From Felis catus (lineage: Eukaryota): 64,000 bases of DNA. This document shows, piece after piece, positions 26,553-39,313 of this stretch (its first letter is position 1; every line of letters begins with the position of its first letter). The notes under the pieces were generated by a model that was given only the letters and a program-made list of their open reading frames with translations, was not told where the DNA came from and made no database searches. The position numbers were made by a program, and so were the translations under genes. Where the stretch lies: contig NC_058368.1 of NCBI RefSeq assembly GCF_018350175.1, forward strand, positions 191,210,001 to 191,274,000, written 5' to 3'.

Positions 26553-26597
26553 ATGGAATATTCCTCTCTACTCCTGGCACACCCGAGAGGTAAGAGC
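26553..26597 (-). other. Candidate small exon, 45 nt
   Basis: Acceptor tttctccttttatatag|GCT, donor TTCCAT|gtgagt in repeat-free sequence. Confidence 0.35.
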
Positions 26598-26946
26598 CTA
26601 TATAAAAGGAGAAATTTCACTGCATGAACCCAAATACGTTCCTTCCCATGTATCCAACTGATTAGCTCAAAATGACACATGCTACGTCATAGGAAAATGA
26701 CTAAACAGAATCTTGAACAGGCCAGGCCATCTTCTGAACTTCACTTTTCTGAATTCAGAAAGAATTTCAGTGCTTTGTCTTTAAAATCAAGGTAGTCTGT
26801 GGCAGTTTTTGCCTAATCTACTAGGATACAAGCTGCTCTGAACAGGCAAATATTCAAAAATCTCATCAAAATAATACCTACCAAACGATATTCTTTAAAA
26901 AATACCCCCCCTCTGAAAACATAAATAATTTTTTTTTTTTTAATTA

Positions 26947-27106
26947 GGGGCAACTGGGTGGCTCAGTCGGTTAAGCATCCAGCTTCGGCTTAGGTCATGA
27001 TCTCATGGGCCAGGAGTTGGAGACCCGTGTGCTGACAGCTGGGAGCCTGGAGCCTGTTTCAGATTCTGTGTCTCCCCCTCTCTCTGCCCCTCCCCCACTC
27101 ATATTC

Positions 27107-27143
<37 letters not shown>

Positions 27144-27195
27144 TTCCCTCTCTCAAAAAAAATTAATAAACACTAAAAAAATAAAAGTAAAAAAA
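26947..27195 (+). mobile_element. Can-SINE
   Basis: SINE head, short internal deletion, long (CT)n, A tail. Confidence 0.93.
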
Positions 27196-27689
27196 TCTCT
27201 CAATTATTGGCAGAGCCCATATTTATATCCCCCTCCTCTGTAGGTTGCTCAATTAATATGTTAGGAAATGATGTGCAAATTCCTAATTTCTCTTTTGTAA
27301 AAGTTGTGGTTCTGATCTAACAGGCATGGTTAAAGAAAAAACACTACTGTAATAGGGAAAAATGAAGATGCTGAATCATTAGATACCAGAATGACAAACA
27401 TTTTTTGGATTTCTAACAAGGAAAAACTTGTATAAGAAATGAAATTGCTTCATGTTGCCCATCTTACGCTAAGGAAAATAAAAAATACACCTCCATGCAC
27501 ACAGGTATTAAAGACATCTGTTAACGGACATATTTCTCACCTCCTTGATAATTACTAGTGTTTTGACATTCCCAGGAGATAACCCTCTGATAAAATATAA
27601 AAATCATATCCTCTTTCATGTTTTATTCTGTTTTAAGCCAACCCTATTCTTTGTTCACTTCCTAAATGCATTAAGAAACAGTGAGTGTT

Positions 27690-27913
27690 GAGGAGCCTGG
27701 GTGGCCCGGTCGGTTGAGTGTCTGACTTTAGCTCAGGTCATGATCTCTCGGTTTATGAGTTCGAGCCCCGCGTCAGGCTCTGTGCTGATAGCTTGGAGCC
27801 TGGAGCCTGCTTCGGATTCTGTGTCTCCCTCTCTCTCTGCTCCTCCCCTGTTCTCTCCCTCCCTCCCTCTCTCTCTCTCAAAAATAAATAAATATTAAAA
27901 AAGAATAATAAAA
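27690..27913 (+). mobile_element. Can-SINE (SINEC_Fc type)
   Basis: TSD aagaaacagtgagtgtt (27673-27689) / aagaaagagtgagtgtt (27914-27930). Confidence 0.96.
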
Positions 27914-28281
27914 AAGAAAGAGTGAGTGTTTTCTTTGGCTCTAGACTGTTAGGCATACTAAGATGTACCATTATTTCCCCTAATGATACTTCCATGTGAA
28001 CAACTCTGAAAAGAATTCTTTCAGAATTTCTCCTCTCCCTTCTTTGCCATTATTTCGTACTATGTCAGTGCATCATTTGGAGACCACTCTGCTCCGATAT
28101 GATGCTATACAGATTAGACACAAAGAGAGTCAGAATACACATACAGCCTATTACATGTATGTGAACATGTATTTATGAAAAGTACATAAATATTCTTGTG
28201 AAAATCTTTACCACATAGAAAAGTACAAAGTAAAAAATAACAACTTTTCCACTACTTACACTAATATAAAAAGTAGGTAGC

Positions 28282-28792
28282 TATATTAGTTGTCTATTGC
28301 TGCATAAAAAAAAAATTTACTAAAAACTTACTGGCTTAAAACAACACCCATTTATAGTCTCACAATTTTAGGGGTCAGGGATATGGGCACAGCTCAACTG
28401 AATCCTCTGCTTCAGCATCTTTTACAAGACTGTAATGAAGATGTTGGTTAGGGTTGGGAGTCTCATTTGACACTCAACAGGGATAGGATCCACTTCCAAG
28501 TTCAGGTGGTGGCTTGCGGAATTCAGTTCCTTTCAGGCTATTGAACTTCCTTGCCATGTGTTCCTCTATATATGGCAGTTACTGAAGCCATCAAAGGACA
28601 GACAGAGTCAACCAAGTCGGCTAGAAAGATAAAAGTTACAATTTCTTGTTTCTCCATCGTAGTGATGACATCTCATCACCTTAGACAAAATTGTGGTTAC
28701 AAGCGAGTCAGTAGGGCAGCCCATACTTAAGGGGAAGCAATCACACACAGAATATGGGATCATTAGAGGTCATCTCAGCTATGCATGCCATA
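28282..28792 (-). mobile_element. MLT1 (ERVL-MaLR) solo LTR, MLT1E/F-like
   Basis: tattagttgtctattgctgc...ggcttaaaacaacac...ggatccacttccaag are reverse MLT1 motifs. Confidence 0.8.
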
Positions 28793-30562
28793 CTAGGTAT
28801 ATAAACAAATATGGAGGTTCATTTTCTACCTGCACTTTGGCAATTCTGTTTTATTCACTGTATCAAGGCTAATTTACCATTCTAGTTTCCAATGCTATAT
28901 CTTTTCAAGTGTTTCCATTTCTTCTTAGATTTTCATCCCCAGCCCCAGAGATCAGAGATGATTTTAGATTTTCAGATTATAGCAGATTACTCCCAACAAG
29001 CAACTTAATTAGGTTATGTTACTACTTCAACTTACTAAGGATCCACAAGACACACAGAATGATTCCAAACATCACAGAAAGGTACAGATATTGGTCAAGT
29101 TTAATTTCTTCAGAAATTTCTCCAGGAATGATACAGAGACTGAAAAAGATAGAGACCTGGTGATTCCACAAGTCCACTTGTGCTCATTCCAACAAAAATT
29201 TTGCATAAACTTGAGGAAAGGAAAGAGGAAGCAACTCACTTTCCTTGGGGAAGTGACTACAGTTACGTTGCTTCTAAGAATTTTAGGCTTTACACACTAC
29301 AGAATGTACATGGTCTTCTATCTAAGTGAAGGCAGTTGTTCACCTGGTAAAATTATAGATAGGTTCAGAAGGCTCCATTTGGCCATCGTCACACCTAAGA
29401 GTCTAAGTACAAACCTGATATTGCCACCGTAAGTGTTTCATTTCATGTGCAAAAGTTTGTAACTGAGAATATACTGTAAGTCAGGACTGTGTTAAGTACC
29501 AGCAAAAGACTTGATTGGTAAAAGAGGAGTTATAATACCAATTATCTGTAAGATATGGAGAAATATATTTAGATGGAAAAAATTGACGCGTAAACAAACA
29601 AGAAAGGTATAGTACACATTACTCCCTTCAGGACAAAGTGGCACAAGTATTTCTCCATGCTTCATTCATGCAAAGCACAACTTTTAAAACCCTATAAACT
29701 GTAAACCCTGCTATGAGAGATAAAGGAGAACACTGATAGGCAATAAGAAGGTGAGAAGCATTATCCCAGGATAAGAGGGACAGCACAGTGGCCAGATGTC
29801 TTGTTTCTTAATCATCCTAAAGGAGGACTACTACCCAGACCTGGTATTCACAAGAACCTCCAACCTTGGACAGGGGTGGAGGGGGTGGAAAGCAGTTAGG
29901 TAAACTCATTCTTCCCTACAACCAAAGGAAAGTTTTTCTGACAATATAAGGTGAAGTGAAAGCAAACAGCAAGAGGGATTCATTGGGAGTCCAGCCAGAG
30001 AAAGAGCAGCCAAGGGAAACATGGGCCTGAGACATCCTCTTCCTACCAAGAACTAGGAAGGCAGGGTGCAGAGCTGGCAGAAAAAACTCAACTATAGCAA
30101 GGAGCACAGTCGAGGAAACCCCTTTGTCCTCATGGGCCCATGACCCTCTCCCCCACCCAGAAACACCAGGATGCATGGTCAGAACTAAGAAAAGGAAAAC
30201 AATCACTGAAAGTGGCCTACACTGAGAAGCTGCTTTATTCCTGTGTACCCAACTCCCCTCAGTTGCCTACAGACATTGGGGAGGCATACCATGAACTCCT
30301 AGCTCCTCTGAAAGAGATCAAGTCTGAGTAGCGAGGCAGCCCAACCTGGAGAAAGCCCTTCTGCCCCAGCAGGCAGTAAGAACTGGAAAAAGTGGGAATT
30401 CCAGGGGCACCAGACAAGCCAAGCAAAGCGGAGTGTTACCACAAACACTCTGGAAATTCCACGGTCACTGGAACTACAACCCACAAAATTTAACCAACAC
30501 CTGTGTATTCAAACAAACCAAGGTAACTGCCTACCAAATTAAGAATTTGAATAGAACCTTGA

Positions 30563-30734
30563 GGGGTGCCTGGGTGGCTCAGTCAGTTGGGCGTCCAACT
30601 TCTGCTCAGGTCATGATCTCGCATTCCGTGGGTTTGAGCCTTGCTTCGGGCTCTGTGCTGACAACTCAAGGGCCCGGAGCCTGCTTTGAATTCTGTGTCT
30701 CCCTCTCTCTGCCCCTTCCCGCACTGGTGCTCCA

Positions 30735-30778
<44 letters not shown>

Positions 30779-30808
30779 AAAAATAAAAATAAACATAAAA
30801 AAATTTTT
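30563..30808 (+). mobile_element. Can-SINE with (TCTG)n, nested in L1
   Basis: TSD aatagaacct at 30550-30559 and 30810-30819. Confidence 0.95.
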
Positions 30809-31914
30809 AAATAGAACCTAGAATCTGACATAATCAACCAAAGGTCCAGGGTACACTGAAACATTACCTATCATACCAAGAAAATCACAACCTGAATGAG
30901 AAAAGACCATCAAATGATGCTAACAACAAGATAAATCCAAAGTTGGAGTTCTGTGACAAGGATTTTGTAGCAGTTGTCATTAAAAAGCTTCAACTATCAA
31001 TTACAAACTCTTGAAACAAATTAATAGGAAATCTCAAAGAAATTACAGAACAGAACCTACAGAAACTCTAGAACTGAAAAAAAGACAGCAACAGAAATGA
31101 AAAATTCTGCCTAGATAGCAAAATTGAAATGACAATAGCTGAATGGAAATGACAAAGGATAGAATCCATAAACTTGAAGACAGAGCAATAGAAATCACCC
31201 CATCTTAATTTAAAAAGAACAGGAAAAAAACAAAACAAAAAGGGTGCCTCAGAGACCCTCTATCTAAAGAATAATGATGAAAGAAGCAACATTTTTATCT
31301 AGTCCTAGAAATGGAGGAAACAAAAGAGTATTTGGGGGGAAAAAGGCTCAAAACTTCTCAAATTTGTGGAAAGACACAAAACAACACATCCATGAAGTAA
31401 GTGTACCTTAAGCGGGCTAAAATCAGAGAAATTCAGAACAAGACACATCATAATTAAACTTGTGTATACTCAAGATAAAATTGTAAAAGCAACCAAAGAG
31501 AAACAGGACTTTGCCTAGAGGGAAATACCAAAGAGAGGAACAACAGATTTTTCTCCTGAAACCATAAAGGACAAAGAAAGTAGCACAACATTTTTTCAGG
31601 TGCTAAAAGAACTATTAACCATGAAATCTGTATCAGGCACATTGATCCTCTGAGAAAGGGAAATAAGAACATTAGGATATTAAGAAACATGAAAATATTT
31701 TTGTTATTAGCAAAAATACCCTACATAATGACTAAAGGAGGCTTCAAAGAGAAGGAAAAGAGGTAAGAACTCTTGGGAGTATCAGGATATATCAGGAAGA
31801 AGGAACAAGAACACAAAGATGGAAGACCATGAACCATCCCTTGCCAAAGTTTCATCAATAAAAACTAGAGTACCATCTGATACACAAGATAATGCTATTT
31901 AAAAGTGGTAAAGT

Positions 31915-32132
31915 GGGGTGACTGGGTAGCTCAGTCCATTGAGTGTCCAAGTTCAGCTCAGGTCCCTATCTCATGGTTCTTGGGTTGGAGCCCCCCATCG
32001 GGCTGGCTTTGCACTGACAGTGCACTGAGGCTGCTTTGGATTTTCTGTCTCCCTCTTGCTCTCTGCCCCTCCCCTGCTTGTGCTCTCTCTCTCTCTCTCT
32101 CTCAAAAATAAACAAACATTTAACAAAATTAA
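31915..32132 (+). mobile_element. Can-SINE nested in L1
   Basis: Perfect TSD taaaagtggtaaagt at 31900-31914 and 32133-32147. Confidence 0.95.
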
Positions 32133-32444
32133 TAAAAGTGGTAAAGTTGAAGAGACCAAGATAGAGGTGAAGTTCTACACATCTCATTTTAAGTGGTAAG
32201 TGCTGGTAACTGTAGACTGTTACAAGTCTACTTTTTTCTGCTTATTATAATACCTAGAACGACTACTACAAAATCTACACACGCAAAAAAAGATGCATTC
32301 TAACCCACTACAAACAAATTAAGAGGAAATAAAAAGAAAAAATTTCAATTAATCTATAGCAAGTCAAGAAAAAATGTATGAAAAAATAACTTTAAAGATG
32401 GCATACTTATGCACTCATATTAATTTTTGCAAGTTCCTATGCAT

Positions 32445-33418
32445 GTAACAGCTGTATTCAGATAGAATTCACATATCATCAACTTTATCCTTTTAAAGCA
32501 TACTATTCAGTGGGTATTAGTATATTCAGAGTTGTGTATCCATTATAAATTTAAAGTATTTTCAGTACTCCAAAGCAAACTCATCACCTGGCTGTCACCT
32601 CCCAAAATGCTTATCTTCCTCAGCCCTAGGTACCCATTATCTCTATCTATAAATATTCATAGTCTTGAAATTTCATATAACTGGAATTATGCCATGGTTC
32701 ATCCTTTGTGACTGGATTCTTTCAACTGGTGTAATGTTTCCAAAGTTCATCCATATTGTAGCATGTATCCGTACTTCATTTCTATTGACTGCCAAATAAT
32801 TTTCCATTGTATTGATTTACTACATTTTATCTATCTATTCATCAGTTAATAAATACTCAGATTGCATCAACTTTTTAGGCTATTATAAACAATGCTACTA
32901 TGAGCACTTGCATAGTTTTTATAAGGACATGTTTTAGGTTTTCATTCTCTTGGATATACACATACCTAGGAGTAGCTATGTTTAACCATTTGAGAAACTG
33001 CCAGACTGCTTTCTAAAGCAATCGTACCATTTTAAATTCTCACTAGCAGCATATAAAAGTTCCAATTTCTCTACGTCCTTGCCAATCCTTGTCATTTTTT
33101 TTTAAATAATTATTGCCAGTCCAGTCATTACGAAGCATTATCTTACCCTGGTTTTCATTTGCATTTCCCTGATGATAAACATCTTTTCTTGTGCTTATTG
33201 GCCATCTTTTTCCCTTCTCTCTATCCAAGTCATTTGACCATTTTAAAAGTGCTTCTATCATTGAGTTCTTATAGTTCTTTATATGTTCTAGATACAAGTT
33301 CTTTTTCAGACAGGAGTTACAATTTTTTTTTTCTCTCCATTCTGTACATTGTCTTCTCTCTTTCCTTTGAAAGGATGTCTTTCAAAGCACAGAAGTGTTC
33401 AATTTTGGTGATGCCCAC
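32445..33418 (-). mobile_element. L1MB-type 3' end inserted antisense in the older L1
   Basis: acagctgtattcagatagaattcacat...gagaaactgccagactg...ttgcatttccctgatg reverse L1 3' motifs. Confidence 0.85.
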
Positions 33419-33419
33419 T

Positions 33420-35716
33420 CTTACCAATCTTAATGAACATGATGCTAGAACTTCCAGACACTGCAATAAGACAAATAAAAGAAATAAAGAGCAGACAGAT
33501 TGCAAAGTAAGAGACAATAATGAAGAAAACCTTAAGGTATCTCCCCAACCCCCCCCCATACTAGAAGTAATAAATGCAAGGTCGTAGGTTTTAAGATCAA
33601 TCACATTTCTATTTACTAACACTTAATATGCAGTAGTTGGAACTGAACACATGCCATCACCTACAATCACTCCGAAGAAAATAAAACCCTTAGGCATCAT
33701 CTATTTCATCAGTATGCATATCCTAAAAACAAAACGAAACCTTACAAAATGCTGAAGAAATTTAAGATGTCTTAATTTTAAAAATACCATATTCATGGAT
33801 CAGAATACTCTATATAGTAAAGGTGTCAATTCTCCCCCTATTCATCTACAGGTTTTAAGGCAATCCCTGTCAAACTCCCAAGTTCCTTTTTTGTAGACAC
33901 AGGAGAGTTTATTTTAAAATTTGATTGAAAAGACTCAGGCTCTTGAGTACCTAAAAAAATACATATAATAATAATAATGGAAGTCAAAGTAGAAAGAATT
34001 AGTCTACCTGACATTAAGGCTTGCTACAAGCTATAGTAATCATGACAACATGGTATTGCTGGGGGGGGGGAGGGGGGTCGGGGACACCATTCAACAACAA
34101 CACAGAGAACCCAGAAAAAAATCCACAGAAATATCCTGATTTTTGACCAAAGTACAGCTCATTGAGGGCAAAAAAAAAAAAAAAAAAAGAAAAGAAAATA
34201 GAGAGCGAGAGAGAGCGAGCGAGAGCGAGCGAGAGCGAGCCTCTTGATCAAAGGTTATTGAAACAACAGGACATCCACGAGCAAATAAATGAATCTTGAC
34301 CTAAACCTCACACCGTTTACAAAAACTAACTCAAAATAAAATGGATTACAGACTGAAATGTAAAACAAATATGTGAAAAATTTAGGGGGGATAAAAAGGA
34401 AAAAAAGTCTTTGGAGTCTAGGACTAGGACAATAGTTCTTAAATTTGATACCAAAAACATAAGCCATGAAAAGAAAAATTGGTATACTGGCGCTTATTAA
34501 AACTAATAGCTTTGGTTATGTGAAATTGCATTTGGAGGATTTAAAGACAAGTTACAGATGGAGAGAAAATATTTGCAAACCACACACCCAACAAAAGATT
34601 AGTATCTTAAATATATAAAGTCTCATAAATCAATAGTAAACACACGTGCCAGGCAATACAATTAGAAAAAATGGGCAAAAGGCAAACAGATATTTCACTG
34701 GCAAAGGTATACAGATGGCAAATAAGCACATTAAAAGATGTTCAACATCATTAGCCATTAGGGAAATACAAATGAAACCACGATGAGTTATGCAGGCATG
34801 TATGAGATGGCTAAAATTAAAAAAAAAAAAGTGACAACACTAAATGCTGAAAAGATACTGAGAAATCAAATCATTCATACGTTGCTGGTGGGATTTTTTT
34901 TTTTTTTTTTGCCTTTTTTTTTTTTTTATCTGGCACAGCTACTTTGGAAAAATGTCTTTACTTTTTTTTTTTCTTTTTTAATAAATGTAACAACTATCAC
35001 ATGACTCAGCAATTACACTCCTTGGCATTTATCCCCTTATATATATATACCTTGCATATTGTAGAGAATTCAAAACATTTGTTCATACAAACACTCACAC
35101 ATGAATATTCACAGTGGCTTTAGTGGTAATAGGTATAAATTTGCATCAGCCCGGATGTCCTAAGGGATGAAGAGTTCAACAAACTGTGCTACATACCATA
35201 GCAGACTTGCATGGATCCATGTGGAATTGTACTGAATTAGAGCCAATCCCAAGTGTTACAAACTATATGATTCGATTTATAAAACACTTTTAAAATTAAA
35301 AAAAAAATTAGAACAGGTGAAGAGTTTTCAGGGTTGAAGTACAGGGGACACAGAGGGAACAGGAGGTTATGTTTACAAAAGGGCAATACGAAGGACTATA
35401 GCGAGGCTGAAATTTTTCAGCATCTTGCCTGGGGAGGTGATACATGAACCCACCCAGGTAATAAAATTGTACTGAACTCAGTGCACGCATGCACACACAC
35501 ACATACACAGTGAGTACACATAGAACTGCATAAATCTAAGACTAGGGGATTGTATCAATGGCAATAACCCTTGTTGCAAAATTATACTACTGTTTTGAAA
35601 AACATTACTACTGAATGAATGCAAGTTGGCCAAGTATACAGGGAATCTTTCTGCATTATTTCTTACAACTGCAAGGGCATTGAGTTATCTTAATAAAATT
35701 TTCAAATAAAAAAAAA
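33420..35716 (+). mobile_element. Ancient L1 (L1MC/L1MD-type) ORF2 remnants and 3'UTR
   Basis: ccatattcatggat, aaagatgttcaacatcattagccattagggaaat, ends attatttcttacaactgca...aaataaaaaaaaa. Confidence 0.85.
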
Positions 35717-37311
35717 GTAAACTACAGTGTACAAGCTATAGTATAGGAAAGTGTTTCAAGAGAGGCAAGGCCAGAAATGTTCTCTTCTGCTACCTTCCCT
35801 AGAGTTAGGCACTCTCTAGAATAATGTAACAAAGGTTTTTTTTCCTGTGAGGCAGTAACTCCAAGCTTAAAAAGACACCCAGATGTTTAATGTAAGAAGG
35901 TATATTTAAACTGACAGTGAAAAGTTAATCTTTATAACTTCTAAAGATGAGTTGTCTTTTAGATGCTTTACCCGGAGGCCAAACCACAGCAACCTTACAA
36001 ATCATGTCAGAACTTACACCCTCTTCTGTACTGCCAACACTCAGAGCCAATCTTCTGTCCGAGAAGAGAAACTGACCTGAATGAGGATGCCTGTGAGTAC
36101 CCTGTAGTGGTAAGACACAAAGGGAGATGGGATTTCAAGAAGACAAATTCTTAGAAAGTAGAGAATGGCTAGGGGCATGGGCAAATGAAGATTTGATAAC
36201 CTCGGTAAGAAGGGGGAATAAAGAACCTCTCATGAACAAGTACAGGTAGTACCTAAGGGCAGGAATTACTAGATGATCCCAGAGTCAAAGCGGAGGGTTT
36301 CACAATAGCAAATGGCACGTGGGGACATACCATTGGGACAAGTTGAGTTGGCAAGAGAAGTCACTCTCAGATTTCTACCGTTCTGGACTCTGAGTCAGAA
36401 GAGAAATTTTGATGGTGAAGGAAATGATATACTGGGTATTCCCTGGGATTTACCTGAGCCTGATTGCTAACAGCAGAGACATTTTGGTGCTCAATTGTTC
36501 TCCTTCCCTCTCAGTATTGTGGGACTGTGGTGATAGAGGTTAGTTACTGGGAAAAGGAAGAGGGCGGTTGATTGTGCTCTGAGGTTACTCATCTGGAGGA
36601 TTCCACAGAGCTCCAACATCTGGGATGGTTCTTCAAGGATAGGAAGGAGATTTCTGGGTGGTGACTTATTCTTACTACCTCTTTTCGGTGCAGCAGTCGT
36701 TAAAGCCAAATTATTATGAGAGAAGTTACATTAAGCCATTCATGTATTTGGAATCTGCTTAATTAACTTCCATCACCTAAAGATCCAGAAAAGAAAGAAC
36801 CAAAGGACTGAGGGAAGGGAGAGGGAAGGGCAATTATCGAAGTGTTTTCATTGACTTTTCCCCCCTTTAATCCTTTTTCCTTTCATGCATTAGCCTTATT
36901 ATGTGGGTATTACAGCTCCCCTCTGGCAAATAAAACATGGAAAATAAGAAGTGGAGAAACGACTCGCCCAATGTCACACTGCTTAAAGTACAATATTTCA
37001 AACACAGGTTGGACTCCAGACTCCACACTCTTTCCAGGACCAACACACTGTGACAGCAATAGATGTCATTACAAGAAGGGACAGGTCACATGTGGTATGT
37101 GTATCACTTAACAGGAATGGAGCAAATGGGTGCTAAAATGGCAGGGCAGCACCAGGGCCCTGAGTGCAACATTGGGAGAACTGAAGGCGAACTTCACTTA
37201 GGCTACATTTCCATCAAGGCCTTCTTTTCCAACAAGATAGATGATCAAATCCTTACAACACATTTGAGGAGAGCCAATCTAGTGAGTCCAATACTGCTTG
37301 TAAAGATAACA

Positions 37312-38080
37312 AGGTATAGTGGTGAAGTACACAGGATTTGGAATCAGATTGGCTTGGGTTCAAAACTTGGTTCCTTTTGGAACCAGCTGGACCAGGTTCT
37401 TCCTGTGAATGGCCACTTCACCCACCTTTTATTCCAGTCATGGCTGGAACACTTTCTAGCAGCCATCAGCCAGCTTAAGAGTGGTGCAAACTAACAGCAT
37501 GTTACTTTGGGCCCTTGACACAGAGTTGTCTTAAGTACCTGTCTCAGACCTTCTTGGACACCATGTTGAGGAACACCAATGAGAAGCTGCTTGGCCCTCA
37601 GAAATGTACTACGTGAAGTCAGTGTACTAGATGAAGTCAGTGACAACAGCTAATAGAAAAATGTTTCCTTCTCATCCCCAAGGAGGATGGTTTTGAGATG
37701 CCCTTCCTGGAGTCTCTCATAACACCCTTCCAACAAGAGCAAACAACAGATTTCTAGTAGTGTCCAAATCAGTAACATTCTACATACAAATTCCCTCCTT
37801 CATTCCTGATCATTCCACTCTTGCTCAACGCAATCATTTCCCAAGAAAACTAAGACCCACAAATCTTTGTTTCTGGTGTTGCTTTCAGGAGAACCCAGGC
37901 CAACCAACGAGATCTGTGGCTTGAGCAACTTGACCCTTCTAAAACATATTTTCCCCAAATGTAAGGTTACTAATTATACTGCTCCTACAGGGTCTTAGAA
38001 GTGTTAAAAGATATATTGCAGGTAAAGCATTTATCCCAATGTTGAGCCCATGGTAAACACTGAATAAGTGGCAGTTATTT
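37312..38080 (+). mobile_element. MIR split into head (37312-37375) and body/tail (37910-38080)
   Basis: tttggaatcagattggcttgggttcaaa, then ...ctgtggcttgagcaac...gtaaagcatttatc...gaataagtggcagttatt. Confidence 0.65.
37378..37906 (+). mobile_element. ERVL-type solo LTR
   Basis: About 530 bp interrupting a MIR; 3' end ttgctttcaggagaacccaggc resembles ERVL LTR termini. Confidence 0.5.
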
Positions 38081-39102
38081 TATTCACTGGTTCTTCTGTA
38101 AAGTCACTGTGTATCTTGTAAGGAAGCTCCGGACTTATATCACAGTGGGTCTCTAGCAAATGCCCAAATTAGAGCCATGACCAACCTATTTTTTCTAACC
38201 CTTTTACAGCTTATTACCCAGACAGTGTCCATGTTCAGAGTGCTCCATTATTGTACAGCTCAACACAGTGTTGAACAAAAATTAAAATACGTGAGAGGTG
38301 GGAGGGAACTGGTGAAGAGTAGGGTTATCTACTGTTGATGTAACACCCACCTCAAATCATCAAGAAATGCCAAATGCCAAGCTTTATCACACAGCCAGCG
38401 AGCAATTTTAAGAAAATCCAGAACTGGTTTCAGAGTCTGACATTGCTTCAGGGATGTAATCATTTTCCTCATTTCCATCCTCCTCAAATTTCTTCGAGAT
38501 TCATTTGAATTCTCCTTTTGATTGAGAGGTTTAATTTTGAACTGAACAAGGTGGTAAACTTTTATATCATATGCTGCATAAAATTACAGTAAACTAAGCA
38601 CCAACTGGAAGATTGGAAATGACGAGGACTCCCAGAACCTTTTAGAGAAAGACCGACGAGGACAAAAAGAGCCGTGAGAGCTGGAGGAAAACGCCCACCC
38701 CCTGTATCAAGGTGAAGACAGGTGGAGGAAGGAAGAAAGCATACAAAAAGAAACCTGTGCATTTTGAATCAACCAAAACAATAGGGAAATGGCAGGAAAT
38801 GACATTTGGATTACTTGGATTACTCAAGGGATCTAATTCTCTCCGTATTTCAGCACATGGACCACAAAAAAGTAGTTCTGTCCCTTGTTGGAATTTATTT
38901 TAAAACAAGCACCCAAATCTAGAATAGGGTCTACTGGTCTATGATATTTTGCACATGAAAAGGACATATCCAGAAAAGGTTCCAGGTTTTTAAATAGTGA
39001 AACAGATTCATTTAGGATGCCATCTGTGTGGAAGTCCCAAAGCCTACAATTGCTTTTGACTTGGTATGCAGACTGTCAGCCCAATTTAAATCTGGGGAGG
39101 AA

Positions 39103-39313
39103 GGGCCTCTCCCGAGGACTGGGGGGCTCCATTGATTAAGCATCTCATTCTTGATCTTGGCTCAGGTCATCATCTCAAGGTTCCTGAGTTCAAGCCCCAA
39201 ATCAGACTCTGTGCTGCTTGGAATTCTCTCTCTCCCTTTCTCTGCTCCTTCCCCGCTTGTGCTTGCTCTCTGTCTCTCTCTCTCATATTAAATAAACTTA
39301 AAAAAATAAAAAT
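39103..39313 (+). mobile_element. Can-SINE, older, atypical 5' end
   Basis: SINE body and tail; TSD aatctggggaggaa (39089-39102) / aatctggagaggaa (39315-39328). Confidence 0.9.

Larger units (their letters stand above)
29780..32420 (+). mobile_element. Ancient L1M 5'UTR/ORF1 region, degenerate, interrupted by two SINEs
   Basis: A-rich ORF1-like remnants (tgacaaggattttgtagcag, aacttgaagacagagcaatagaaatcacc, agacacatcataattaaact, aacagattttctcctgaaaccat); left boundary uncertain. Confidence 0.7.
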
